A stretch of DNA of 64,000 bases from Camelus dromedarius (taxonomy: Eukaryota), in NCBI RefSeq assembly GCF_036321535.1, contig NC_087472.1, positions 99,140,001-99,204,000 on the forward strand, in the 5' to 3' direction. The notes below the pieces were generated by a model. It was given only the letters and a program-made list of their open reading frames with translations, did no database searches and was not told the origin of the DNA. Of the stretch, positions 50,458 to 62,850 are shown one piece after another. Position 1 is the first letter of the stretch; each line of letters begins with the position of its first letter. The position numbers were made by a program, and so were the translations under genes.

Positions 50458-51712
50458 ATAGTACATTTCTTAAGGTAAAACGTTAGAAAACCAAAATAAA
50501 ACAGTTGAAGTAAAGGAGAATTTTAAGTTAATATTGCTTTTCATATTTATAATTAATACAAAGAAATCAGAACCTGACAGATAAAACATCCATTTCTCTC
50601 CATATTGGCCAGTTGACCTATTTCTCCAGGTCACCTCCCTCCTTAGTGTCATGGCCCTGCTGAGATAATCCTAAATCCTTTACTATTTCATTCTTTACAT
50701 TTCTCCTCAATACGATTGTCACCTGGTCTCATCAGGAAGGATCAACCATAAATGACACAATAAATATCCTGAGGGAGAGTTTAAATAAATGCAGAAATTT
50801 TTCTAACTCTGCCTACCACCAAAAAAAAAAAAAACAAAAAACCCCACCTCACTTGTGAATATAGAGATATAATTTTAGGATAGAAACATTGTCTGTGTTC
50901 CCCTCCCCAAATGCTGTCTAACTAGTTTTTGGCTTTTGAAACAAGATTTTAATTTTCACTTGTTGGAAGCTTCTTTGTTAATCCACCAAAATATAATGAC
51001 AGATCCAAGAGGTGCCATAGAGGGAACGCTAAGCACAAGACTCGTTTCTCACGTGCTTCCATAGAACCCATGTGTCATGACTCACTTGCAAGTGAAATTA
51101 CTAGAGAGAGTGTCACCTGTTTAATTATAAACAGCTGCTATTTCCAAGTTTCAACAAAAGACACATTCCTTAGCAGTGACTCTTATCCCAGCTAGAACGT
51201 ATGACAGCATAGCATTGGCTTCTTATACCTGGTATCCCAGTTCTGCTTGAGCCATTTGAAATCAAAGGCAAGGTTTGCTTTTCCCTAAGAACAAAATGTT
51301 TACTATGGGATTCACAGGTAGTTCTGGAATAGATTTGGCTTTTCTGAGTCAACAGGAAAAATAATAACTAAAGAAAAACAGAACAAGCCTCCACAGACCA
51401 GGCCACTGGGAAACTTAAGGGAGTGGGATTTAGTTACCCATAGATGAGCTTGTGGAAAGAAAGAAGCAATCTCTTCTTGGAGTTAAATTTCAAGGGTCAT
51501 CTTCGAAGGAAACGAATTACAAATGGAAAACACCTTCTGAAGAAAACCAAGAAAATGTATCCTCTTGTCATAATCGTTTCATCAGTGACACTTCTTTTAC
51601 TTTCAAGGAAGCTCAGTAAAGAAATCCGCATGTCCATCCAAAATTAGAATCTAGATTGAAATGTCAATAAAAATTACTCTTGGAGCACTGAAATACCACT
51701 TAAGATATAATA

Positions 51713-52212
51713 CAGATGATCCCTGACTGATGATGGCTCGACTTAGGATTTTTCGACTTTATGTAGAAATATGAAGTCAGTGGAAACTGTACTTCAAACT
51801 TTGGATTTTGATCTTTTCCCAGGATAGCAATATGTGGTACAATACTCTCTCATGATGCTGGGCAGGGGCAGCAGCCTCAGCTCCCCATCAGCCACGCAGT
51901 CATGGCAATGAACAACTGATTCGCTGGCAACCATTCTGTACGTGTGCAGCCCATTCTGATTTTCACTCTCAGTACAATAGTCAATAAATCGCATGAGCTA
52001 TTCAACACTTTATTATAAAAATATGCTTTGTGTTAGATGATCTTGCCCAACTGGATGCTAATGTAACTGTTCTGAACATGTTTAAATTAGGCTAGGCTAA
52101 GCTAAGATGTTCGGTAGGTTAGATGTATTAAATACATTTTTGACTTAATGATATTTTCAACGTATGATGGCTTTATCAGGATGTAACCCCATTGTAAGCG
52201 GAGGAAGATCTG
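51713..52212. mobile_element. TcMar-Tigger non-autonomous element (MER47/Tigger5 family)
   Basis: TIRs cagatgatccctgactgatgatgg / ccattgtaagcggaggaagatctg; TA on the left, ca on the right; taggctaggctaagctaagatgttcggtaggttag core. Confidence 0.9.
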
Positions 52213-52334
52213 CATTTTATTATAGAAGATATAATGCTAATGAGAGGGCTTGACATTGTTGTCCATGTTTAAGACAATATTCTAGAAAAAAATATTTAAA
52301 CCACCTGATGATATTTAGTCATTTGAAATAAGCG

Positions 52335-53277
52335 ATTTATGGCGGACACTATTACTTGCCTACGTAACAAACATGTCCTCTTTCAGCTTTGCTAAGACAA
52401 CCTCAGTTGGATTCCTTTAGCTATGTGCTGTTAAAGAATGGTATCCCAAACTTGGAAATAAGACAAAATAATGACTGGCTGACTTTCAATGTCTAATAGA
52501 CTCAACCAAAGAGTATCTAATTCTCTAGGGAAATGTACATATATTTGACATACAATTTACTCTTGACTCTGTAAAGATATTTATTAATTTGTAGAACATT
52601 AATAAGGTATAAGGAATTTCTGTCTGATAAAAAAGATAACCCCTAAGGTTACAGTTTTATAGTCCTGTAGGATATTAATAAATTTTATAAGTAATTTAGC
52701 AATCTCATTTCAGCACTCTTTCTTTCCTTGACCCTATCTATCACTTTCTCCTAGCCAACTTTGAACCAGTTTTACTATTTTGATGGCTCCCTCATTAAGG
52801 AGTTACCTTTGACATGTTTTTAACCATTGAAATTTAGAGTTTGACAGTATCTGGCCCAAAGGAATGAATTGTGATTTATCTTAGATAATTGTGGCATTCC
52901 TATACCCCTTTGCCAGTAATTGTTCTAGGACTGAGCATATGGACACACTCAGATCAATGACACATAAAGACAAGTCTGCTAGGGAATTCTAGGAAGCAAA
53001 CTGTTTTCTCTGAAGGAGAGATGATGAGTAGAAAGCTTCTTTTTCTACCACATTCCTTGTTTCTCACTTAGAATGGTCTTACAAAGCTGAAGATAAAGAG
53101 GAAATGAATCCAAGGATGACCCCCAGTCCTTGACAAAATCACTGAGTTGCATAATTGACCCTGAACCACCTAGTTCTGGGCTTCTGGTTGAATAGACAAC
53201 AGAAGCCTTCATGATATTAGATATTATTAGATGAATATCCTGTCACTTGCAGCTAGAAACATTCCTAACTAATATAG
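52335..53277 (+). mobile_element. old MLT1 (K/L-like) LTR containing a ~420-bp insert
   Basis: cccctttgccagtaattg...gagcatatggac...agtctgctagggaattctagga...cctgtcacttgcagctagaaacattcctaactaata. Confidence 0.65.
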
Positions 53278-54159
53278 AAAGTAACAGGAAAACAATGAAG
53301 CACAAAGATATATTGAGTTCTTAGTTGCTCCAATGAAAGTAACTTTCAGAATTACTTGTTTTTAACTTTATACTACCCCAGAGCACCATCAGAAAACCTG
53401 GAGGCATACCTGAATCTACTGCATTATGGCAGTGGTCAGGGAGGTGGTGGATTTTCTTGGCCCATTTCAGGAAGGTTATTTCTGAACCACTTCTTGAAAT
53501 ACGAATATTTACTTGGTTGGCTAACTTTCCATCCTCGGTTGTCTAGCTCACACTGTCAACAGCAGCTCTACAACTCTCTGCTGTGACACACAGACCTTAC
53601 AGGCCCTCATTTATATCACTGCTGTTTCAACAAAAGTGCCTTCACTTATATTTTATGAACATTGACATCCCATTACTTTAGTTAGTTCAGAGTTTGCAGA
53701 TGTAAATTATATTGTACCCTCTGTAATAAACTTAATTACAGAAGCTTCTGATGACTGTGATTTACTCCTCAAGGGTGACAGAATTCTTTGAATTTCCCAG
53801 CAACGGACACACATTCTGATTAAACAATGAATATACTCAATATTTTTGAACATTGTGAACCTGCAAGTATCTTTACAAAACTATCAAATAATTTTGATTA
53901 ATGCTTAAGTGAGAAATGAATGCAAAGATGGAAAGTGTCTTTGAGAGATCATCCTCTCCTACTCTTGGTTTACAGATAAGGAAACTGAGGCCCAGGAGAA
54001 TTTTATCATTGATCATTTAAAAAGGAAAGTGCTTCTATGTTCTCTAAACTAATAGATGGTATTTCTTATCCCAAGCCTCCACCACTGTCTTTCAAAATAC
54101 TCCAAGATGGGAGAAGTGTGTTGCAGAAGGAGTTGGTTAATAATAAGTAAGGGGTTTAG

Positions 54160-54710
54160 TATGTGCTGTTGGTGCCCCATCCATATCTTCTGTCACTCAC
54201 CTATAAAAGCCAAAGGTTACTGCTTGGGGTAAACACCTATAACTCTCTGGTCATAGGTGCTTGTTCAGTCCACATGGATGGTAATTTGGAAGTGCCAGGA
54301 AGTTAAAACTCCTAGAACCAGTCTTCAACTAATGACATATAGAGACCTGGCACAGAAATATTCCTCCTTTCTGGGGTGACCAACTTATTCCAGTTTACTC
54401 AGGACTCTCCCCACTTTGGCACTGGAAGTCCCACATCCCAGGAAACCCTGCTGCCCCAGGCAAACCAAGACAATTGATCGCTCTAACTGGGATAACTCCG
54501 AAGCATATTCTACATCGTATCCCAGAGTTCCCCAGTATGAATGAGCTTTAGTTGCCCACAGTGGTAATTGACTTGATATTGCATTCTTTATGATCTTCTT
54601 CCCTTACCTTACTTCCCCACCGATGTTTCTTGAAATCACCTCCAAAACAAATTATTTACATTTGAAATCCTTATCTCAGGATCTACTTTGGGGGAACTCA
54701 AACTAAGATA
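54160..54710 (+). mobile_element. ERVL solo LTR, LTR16-family, with nested MER81
   Basis: ggaagtgccaggaagttaa...gttgcccacagtggtaa...aaatccttatctcaggatctactttgggggaactcaaactaaga. Confidence 0.78.
54373..54485. mobile_element. MER81-like hAT-Blackjack (opposite orientation to the 37891 copy)
   Basis: gggtgaccaacttattccagttt...gcactggaagtcccacatcccaggaaaccc...caaaccaagacaattgatcgctcta. Confidence 0.78.
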
Positions 54711-54809
54711 ATCATTAACATTTATGGAGAGATTACTATATATCAGGCACTATCCTAAATGCTTTACATATCTTAATATATTTCATCTTCACAATACTAT
54801 TTACCAATG

Positions 54810-55050
54810 AAGGATGAACTTGATTGCTAAATACCTCAGTCTTCAGTGGGTCAGTTCTGAGACATGTTACATGCAGTTGCTCTGATGCTCTCCAGGGGGA
54901 TGGAACTATAGCTGCCCATGGTGGTAACGCACAGATGGATGGGATGTACTTCTTACTGGTTTCCTTTTCTTTTCCTTTACTCACTCTACCTACTCTCTGA
55001 TTCATGCTCTTAAGGATCACCTACCAAATAAACTACCAAGTATTTAAAGA
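54810..55050 (+). mobile_element. second LTR16-family fragment (preceded by a MIR piece at 54715-54800)
   Basis: gctgcccatggtggtaac...ggatcacctaccaaataaactac. Confidence 0.55.
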
Positions 55051-55124
55051 TTTTATATATATATGTATATATATAGCCAGAGATGCAAAGAAGAATGTTG
55101 GAAGTCAACTGGGTCCTTGATACA

Positions 55125-55272
55125 TAACACGTGGTCCCTGGATCAGCAGCACTGTCATCATCCAGGAGCTTTTTATAAAAATGCATAATCACAGGCCCAC
55201 CCCAGACCTACTAAATCAGTCATGTTAACAAGCTCACCCAGGTGATGTGCATTAAAGTTTGAGAAGCACTAG
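55125..55272. mobile_element. MER5A hAT-Charlie
   Basis: gtggtccctggatcagcagca...aaatgcataatcacaggcccaccccagacctactaaatcag...taaagtttgagaagcactag. Confidence 0.85.
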
Positions 55273-57759
55273 TCTAGTCGATTTCCTTTATTGTGCACAT
55301 GAGGTCATTGAGATCCAGAAAAATTAAATGATTTAGACTTCATATATTTTCCAAAGAACTCCAGAAAGAAAAGTGACCCTGTTAAGGTGAAGAAGAAGTG
55401 ATGCATAAGAGAAAATTTCTGTAAAATGAAATATTAATGGAAGTAGCAGAAAAATGAAAGGACTTTTAAATTCTGTAAAAATACCAACTATATCATTCTT
55501 TGTTCATGGGATTGCTCTTTATTTTCAATTATTTGAGTCATGGTCAATTTTAATGAGGATAGGTCTTAAAATGTACCTTTTTCTCCTTAGTTCTATAGTA
55601 CATGCATTATACAGATGTTGCAGGTTTGAAAATATCTGACCACCAACTCAAGCATGCAAGAAATGGAACTTTATTCTTCCATATAATTCAACTTAATTTC
55701 TGTCTTGACTACCCGCCCCTTTCCACCAAAAACTTAACCTTAGATAATTTGGTGTCCCTTCCTTTCCTCCTAGGTTATGTCAAAGTTTGAATGGCTTTAC
55801 CAGCAAGCCAGTGGCTCCTGGGGTAGAGGGACTGAGAATCTGGTTCTCAAAGTCATCTGTCCACATGGGATCCTCAGAGACATCCATCATGCCGCCTGGT
55901 CCATAGTTACAATCCTTATGGGTCATAGCTAAGTGTCAAGGTGAGACCTTATTACAATCTGTTTACCCCCTTTCTCCACCAGTTGGGCACAGCTTGTGGG
56001 CACCAGACAATTCTGCTGCTTATGTGTCTTTTCAGGCTGTCTAACATGTTGTCTCTCTTGAGCAGCAGTCACATATTCAAATGTCCCCATACTCTAGGCA
56101 GGTGTATGATGACTGAAGTAGGCTGCCGCCAAGTGCAGAATTCAGATCCCGTATAAAGAGGGAGCCTGCTCCTTATTGCTCCAACCACCTGCTGCTTTCA
56201 GCCCCAGTATGTCAACTTTTAGGATTATTACTAACCAATAGGTCTACCTTTCTGGTCTGTGTACTCTTAGTGCAGGGAAGCCTGCTTCACTCGTCATTCG
56301 TACCCCAGTGTAGTGCCTGATATTCATTCATTTATTCAACAAATATGGAATGAGCACCCACCATGGCATGTGTTAGGCATTATAAATATACAAAGTCTCT
56401 GCCATTACAGAGCTGGCTTTCCCAAGTGGGGAAAACTGATGTTAGACAAGTAGAAAATAAACGAATAAGGTACTTACATTAATCAGGTGCAATGAAGAGC
56501 CATATTATTGCAGGTTTAATGAAAAGTTTGGGGTAAACCTTTGTAGCCAGCCTGTCACAAGGTCCAAGAGTTCAGCTGTGTGATCTAAATCTGTCCTGAT
56601 TTGGGCCATGTTTTGGCATCTCCTAATTTCATTGTCCACTTAATAGCTCATAAGAGTGATTCTGAGCCTATGAGTTCATCGAACAGCAGCATTTCCAAGC
56701 ATTTTGTCAGACCAATATAGAGAAATGGGCCAGGATAATACTGGAATCTCAGGCACCTACCCTCAACCTCAGGATAGCCTGCCATTTCTCACCAGTCTTC
56801 ACCCTACCTTCAGTAACATCATCCACCAACCCCCACTCTAAGGAGAATAAGAAATTTAGGCCATCCCTAGGTGAGAAACGAGGCTGAGAGGTGCATGAGT
56901 ATCAGTCATTAATTCAAATTCAAGTAATTATAGGTCTCGGTGTCTTGGAGTTTACTGTATTTTGTTCCTGGTAATTTTCAGTAGTTCTTAGTAGTCCTAA
57001 GCTTGCACTTTACCCACTTAATCACTGTCAGTCATGCCCCCAAAGTATTATAGAACCAACTTAGAACAAATAGTCACTATTCAACTTTAATTATAAAATA
57101 GAAGCTTTAAAGTCCTTGGCAGGAAAAATGCCCTAAAAACCAAAGTGCTTTTGATTTGCAAGAGCTAGGTTTCTGGAGAAAAAATGCTTGGCTTTCCATA
57201 TCAGGATTCAGAGCCTGACAGAGGAAGGCCAGACTTTATATCTGAATCATAAGTTGAAGACTGTATAATGATAGGAGCATTTTCTAGCCACAGAAAGAAG
57301 AAATAAGGTCTTGAAGAATGAACTTGAGTAAGAGTAGAGGGAAAGGGCAAGAGAGTTTGGAGCCAGGGTGGGATTTTGTTCTCTCAGTGTCTTCCTACCT
57401 TCCACTGCTTCCCTCCCCCAACCCCACAAAAATCTATAGGAAAAGAATGATAAAAATCCCCAAATAGGTTTGGAGAAATGAATGAAGAAAAAGGTTTATG
57501 TCTCTCTTCATCTCTTTTTGAGATATTCTTTTTGTAAAGCTCCCTGGACCAACACGTGGCAGGCCCAGAAGGGTTGAACTGATAGTAGGTTATGTCTAAG
57601 CAGAGAGAGCTAACATGGCTGTGTACACCTCATTCCCTTTCCCCTCTTTCCACTTCAGTCTCCCTTGCCTTTCAGTCACAGAGTATGAAAGGAGATCTGT
57701 AAATGTTACTGTGGTGTGAATTGAGAAGAACTGAGATGAAACTTTTTTTAAAAGGTTGT

Positions 57760-58150
57760 GGAGGGGATGGCCTAAGCTGGAGATAGAATAGAGGCATCAG
57801 ATGAGCCTACAAGAACCAACTCTAGCCAATAAAATAGGAGCAGAAGTGGTGTGGGTCACTTCCGGACTGAAGGGTTGAAAATGCCCGTGCTCAATTCCCT
57901 CATCTTTGTGTTTGTGGCATCCTCCAAGAAGTCCATGCATTCCAGATGGTACAGCTACTGGAAGGTAGTACTTCTGTCAGCCTGGATCCCTGAGTGACTG
58001 AGTGAAGGAAAGCCCCCTGCTGACCTGTATTGGAACATGTAGCATGAGCAAGAAATATTTTTTTTTATTGTGTTAAGCCACTGAGATTTTAGTCGAGGGC
58101 GGGGTGGGTGTTTGTTATTGCAGCATAACCTAGTCTATCCTTACTAACAC
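57760..58150 (+). mobile_element. old MLT1 (H/I-like) LTR
   Basis: gagcagaagtggtgtgggtcacttcc...tcagcctggatccctgagtgact...tgtgttaagccactgagattt...ttgcagcataacctagtctatccttactaacaca. Confidence 0.8.
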
Positions 58151-58904
58151 AAGCTAATTTTCCTAGTTAGAAATGAAGAAATGGAGCTACAGCTTTATCT
58201 GAGTTTTAAAATCTCTAAATTTTAACTCTGCCACACATATTTGACTGAACCATAAAAAATGGCCATTTTACTAGGTCAAAAAGAGTTGAACATCAGCAAT
58301 TTCATATAGTTCAACCATAGTATTCCTAGGAATGAACTTGCAGAATCCAGGTATATACTTTCACTATGACTTAGTATTTAAGTTTGTTTTGTTTCATGAT
58401 AAACGAGGTCAATATTTCCATTGCTGAAGCAAAAGCAAAAACTGAATTCTTCCATTTTGTTTTCAGACAGTTTGAAAAATGTTGGAATTGGCTTCTTTTC
58501 AGCAATTGACATTACATTTATGTCGTTTAGGCAGAAGATAAGTAAATTTAGGAAAGGGAGGCAGAGAAAAGGAGTTTTTCTTTCATATAAAATTCTGGTT
58601 TGAGCAAGTATCCAGGGATGGCTCCAGACAAAATAATAAATTGAGTGAAGATTTTTCTTTGAGATATTCCCGTATCTCCTATCAGCTTCTCTTTCCCTTC
58701 CCTACTCTTTTTTCACTTCTCTCTTTCCCCAAAGACTTGGCGTCAAGCCATGTATCTCATTTCTGGGAATCTCAGCTAAGATTTATACCATTTACCAAGA
58801 AGGGGATGAATTGGCCACTATTAGAGGCATTAGCATTCCAATGAGAACCTCACAAGAGATCCAAAGTCCCAAAGGACTCAAACTCATGGATAATAATAAC
58901 AATA

Positions 58905-59610
58905 ATTCTCATTGTGTCAACAGATATTCATTGTGCACCTAATTTATGCCAAGTACTGAGCCATGGTAAACAAAGTCTCTGCCTTCATGAAACTTACATT
59001 TTAATGGAACAAAAGATTATAAACAAATAAATATATAACATAATGTTAAGTACCAATAAGTCTCATGAGTAAAATAAGGAAAGGTAAGGAGTTAGAGACC
59101 AATGGATGGGAGGTAGGAGCCATTTTACATATGGTGGCCAAGGAAGGCGTTTTGGAGTAGACATCTGAGGGGAGACCTGAATAAAGTGCAGGAATAAGTC
59201 ATGGACAATGTGAACATGTGGGATGAGGAGCATTCCAGTGGGGGAGATCAGCATTTAAAAAGTCCCTGAGCCAAAATACGCCTGGGTGGCTTTGGAACCA
59301 CCAGAAAATCATGACTAGGTGGAAGAGGGGAACAAAGAAAATTGTTAAAAGAGGAGATCAGAGAAATAGACCAAGGCCGAGTCACACAGGGCCCTGTAGG
59401 CCATAGTAAGGGATTTGGACTTTGTTCAGGGTGTGATTTAGGGCTTTGAGTAAAGGAGTGACAAGACCTGATTTATGTTTAGAAAAGATTCTTCAGGCTG
59501 CTGTGTGGTGAGTAGACTAGGCAAGAGTGCAAGGAGGAATACGAGTGAAGAGGCCACTGCAGTACTTCAGGGAAGAAGTGATGGTGGCTTGGACTAGAAA
59601 GGTTGTCATT
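58905..59610 (-). mobile_element. L2a-like LINE 3' region
   Basis: gtctctgccttcatgaaacttacattt...gggccctgtaggccatagtaagggatttggacttt...gatggtggcttggactag. Confidence 0.85.
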
Positions 59611-59629
59611 GTTTCATTGGTGATGTAAT

Positions 59630-59860
59630 CACAGTTGACATTTACTGACAGTTCACTGGCGAAGGGCTTTATAAACATTATCCTCATGACACTCTATGGA
59701 GTATCACCATTAGCCCCATTCACTGAGGAGAAAACTAACATCTAAAGAGGCTAGCTTGCCGCGCTTCCCTCAACTAGCCCTGATTTACCAAGGAACAATC
59801 TGAAATTTAAAGAGGTGAAGTAAAGTATCCAAGGTCACGTAAATAATGCGCTCTGAGCTC
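59630..59860 (-). mobile_element. MIR fragments
   Basis: ccccattcactgaggagaaaact; agaggtgaagtaaagtatccaaggtcac. Confidence 0.5.
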
Positions 59861-60798
59861 ATACAAATTTTCCTAACTCAAGACAAGAAGAAACTACATG
59901 GGCCACAATTACTGGTGTCAGGCTAATAATACTTGAGGCAAACTCATTAAATTTGGGATAAGGAAAGAATACTCTCACATGTTGAGCACGGACAAGGGAC
60001 TGCCGGAAAGGACTAGGGCTAGTGTTAAAATTAGTATGCAATCTTATTTTCGGAATGGGCTATTTAATAGAGCCCCTGGAGTAAGAGATTCTTGGATTCA
60101 TACAAAATAAGATTTTTGAAGGCCTTTAGAAGCCAAGAAATGCATTAAAATGGATATAACTGTTAGACTGTACTTGCTTCCTTTTGGACACAAAGAAAGT
60201 TTATGCAGTTTGAGTCATCTGATTTTCAAAGGATTGCACTGTGAACCATCTAAGTCTTTATGAGAAAAGAAGAGGGTGAGGCACATTGGAACATACTTCC
60301 TTGATGGGTTGGCTTGGAGGCCTGAGTAAGAACTGACTCTGGGAAAACTAGCAGCTGACAGAGCTGTTTCCCACCAAGTGAGAGTTTAATAAACAAAATC
60401 ACAATTCACCCCAGCTTGGCTTCAGCGTTTTTTAAAAATGACATCCAAGATGGCATAATCGCTGAGGAGAAAATCACAGCCTGGTTTGCAGTTGGAAATT
60501 GCTAGCTTGATGGCAGCTGGTGTTCACTCATGGTTGAACTGCCCTGTCATTAGATTTCAGAATAGGGTGACACAAAGGGAGAGAATGATGCCACTGTCTT
60601 CCTAGGCTAGTGAGCAAGTATGATTTCAGGAAAATCTTACTTACAGTCAACCAAGTACGTAATACATGTGGTCAGCACTATGTTAAATGCCATATAAACC
60701 ACGGCAGGGGCGGGCAGAGGGGAGAAGTGTGACATTGCCCTTGCCCTCAAGGGGCTTACAATATTGCACATATTCAAGAGAAATTACAAATGCAAAGG

Positions 60799-61582
60799 TG
60801 TGCCAGAGGAATGTATTATTGCCTCTCCATTCCAAATCCTCCCTTCTTTGCTCTGCTTTGTGATGCTGGAGCTGGACCCTGTGAACGTTTCTCCTTTGCC
60901 AGATGGTGAGGATTTGTCCATAGCAAGTGCTACAGTTACGTGGCAGGGCAAAGGGTTTCCTCTTCCTAGTGTGCTTTTTTGGCTTCTTGCTTGCTTCTGC
61001 AGCACGCAGTGGTCAGTGGCACCCTGAACACCCGAGGTGCTCGCCTCTCAGTGAAGTTCAGAGCACCCCCGCAGGTGGCTTCCTAGCCAGTTCAGGTGGC
61101 ATTCTCACAGGCAGCTTCCCAGCGAATTCCGCTAGCAACCCAGAAGGCAGCTTCTCAGTGTTTTCGTAGCACCCCCGGGCAACTTCCTATGTGTCTCATC
61201 AGCGCCCCAGCAAGTAGCTTCCTAGTGAGTTTAGCTGGTACCCCCGCCGGCGGCTTCCTGTTTGCCAGCCCCTGTCTGCAGCACCTCGGTGAAGTTCGCC
61301 ACTATCCGGTGGGCCATGCCAGCACCCTCGCCCCTGAGGTCTGAATCGCAGCGTTAGTGGGGGCTGAGGCCGCTCTTCCAAATTCGTTCCTGCCTTAGAT
61401 ACTCTGTCTCAGCCCTAGCGGTAGTGACCGCCTTTTATATCTGCTATGCCTATAGTCTTTAGAATTATCCTTTACCCCTCAGTAGCCAATTCCCTTTTAT
61501 TAGTTAGTAATTCTTTTATTAAACTCCCCCTATTCTAATTACTGTGTGGTTTCTGCCTCCTGACTGAAGACTTGCTGATACA
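60799..61582 (+). mobile_element. ERVL solo LTR, LTR41-like, inserted in an L2 remnant
   Basis: ttgcctctccattccaaat...tttctcctttgccag...internal ~35-bp repeats...attaaactcccc...ctgataca; TSD aaagg/aaaga. Confidence 0.8.
61063..61260 (+). repeat. degenerate ~33-36 bp tandem repeat (about 6 units) inside the LTR
   Basis: units such as gcacccccgcaggtggcttcctagccagttcaggtg / gcattctcacaggcagcttcccagcgaattccgcta / gcgccccagcaagtagcttcctagtgagtttagctg. Confidence 0.8.
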
Positions 61583-61764
61583 AAAGATAAGAGGATATAA
61601 ATGCAAAGCTGGGGGATAACAATAAGAGATGCTATAGGAGTTCAGAAAATGCAGAGTTCAGTGTGGACTGTTGAGTCAAGGGAAGTCTTTATGGAATACT
61701 CTAACCCAGATTTGAGCCACTCTGACAGAGGAAGAGAATTCAAAATTCAGAGGGGGTGTGTTAG

Positions 61765-61799
61765 GTGTGTGTGTCTCCGTGTGTGTGTGTGTGTGTGTG
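61765..61799. repeat. interrupted (GT)n microsatellite
   Basis: direct reading. Confidence 0.9.
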
Positions 61800-61929
61800 A
61801 GATAGAGCGAGCGAGCAAGAGGAAGAAGGGAAGGGGGGGGAGATGGGATAAGGGGCCAGATTGGATGATTCATTTTAAATGGTGGGAAGTTATTTCAGAG
61901 GGTAAAAATAGATTAAGGATTAACTAACC

Positions 61930-62850
61930 AAGTAATTAATTCAGCAGATGTTCACTGAGTACCTACTATGTATCAGATTCTAAGTGCAAATTTATAGAAG
62001 TGAATGAAATAGACAAAGATGTTTGCCTTTGTGGAGTTTACAATATGGGGGGGGGCAGGGGGTAAAAGGCAGGGGAGAGATAATAAACAATAGGCATGAT
62101 AAACACATTGTCTGGGACAATAGAGGTTGGTAAGTGATGTGAAAAAAGAAAAAAGTAGATAGGGGGTGTGTTAGTTTTCTCTTGCTGCTGTAACAAATTA
62201 CTCCTCTATTACCGTGTCACATCTTCTCTGACTCTGACTCTCTTGCCTCCCTGTTATAAGGACCCTTGTAATTACATCATGCCCACCCAAATAATCCAGC
62301 ATAATGTCCCCATCTCAAGATCTTTAACTTGATCACACTTGCACAGTCTCTTTCGCCATGTCAGGTGGCATATTCACAGGTTCTGGGGATTAGGATGTGA
62401 ACATCTTTGAGGAGCCATTATTCTGTCTACCACAAGGGGTTTGCAGTTTTAACTTGGCAGTTACAGGCCTCATTTAAAAAGGTAAGATTTGAACAAAAAT
62501 GTGAAAGGAAGTAGTTACCTGTGAAGTTGCACATATGGAGAACTTTATGAAAAAGAGGTAACAGCCAGAGCAAAGGCCCTGAGGCTGGAGGGCTCATAAT
62601 GTGTTGAAGGAACAAGGAGGTCAGCACAGCTGGCATAGAATGAGGCAGGGAGAGTACCAAGAGATAACGTCAGAGAAAGAGACAGATCATTTGGAGTGAA
62701 TGATTGGGATGAGGACATTGATCAGATGAGAATAGTAATATGCCTTACATGTTAAAGACTCTTTCGGGCTGCCATATTAAGAGTAGACTGTACGGAGGCA
62801 AAGGATCAATCAGTAACAACTGCTTGGAATGCTATATGGAGAAGAATGCT
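61930..62850 (-). mobile_element. L2a-like 3' region split by an MLT1 LTR
   Basis: attcagcagatgttcactgagtacctactatgtatcag...gcctttgtggagtttaca; agcaaaggccctgaggctggag...aggaacaaggaggtcagc. Confidence 0.78.
62167..62434 (-). mobile_element. MLT1D-like LTR with an internal deletion
   Basis: tgtgttagttttctcttgctgctgtaacaaattac joined directly to cacatcttctctgactctgac...ccattattctgtctaccaca; TSD ggggg/agggg. Confidence 0.85.

Noticed and set aside
60910..60940. CTCF site expected in LTR41-type LTRs
   Set aside because: The corresponding position reads tgtccatagcaagtgctac, too degenerate to call.
61063..61260. CRISPR-like array
   Set aside because: Degenerate head-to-tail units without unique spacers, inside an LTR of a mammalian genome.
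62046..62076. G-quadruplex motif
   Set aside because: G-run expansion inside a decayed L2 with no context suggesting function.
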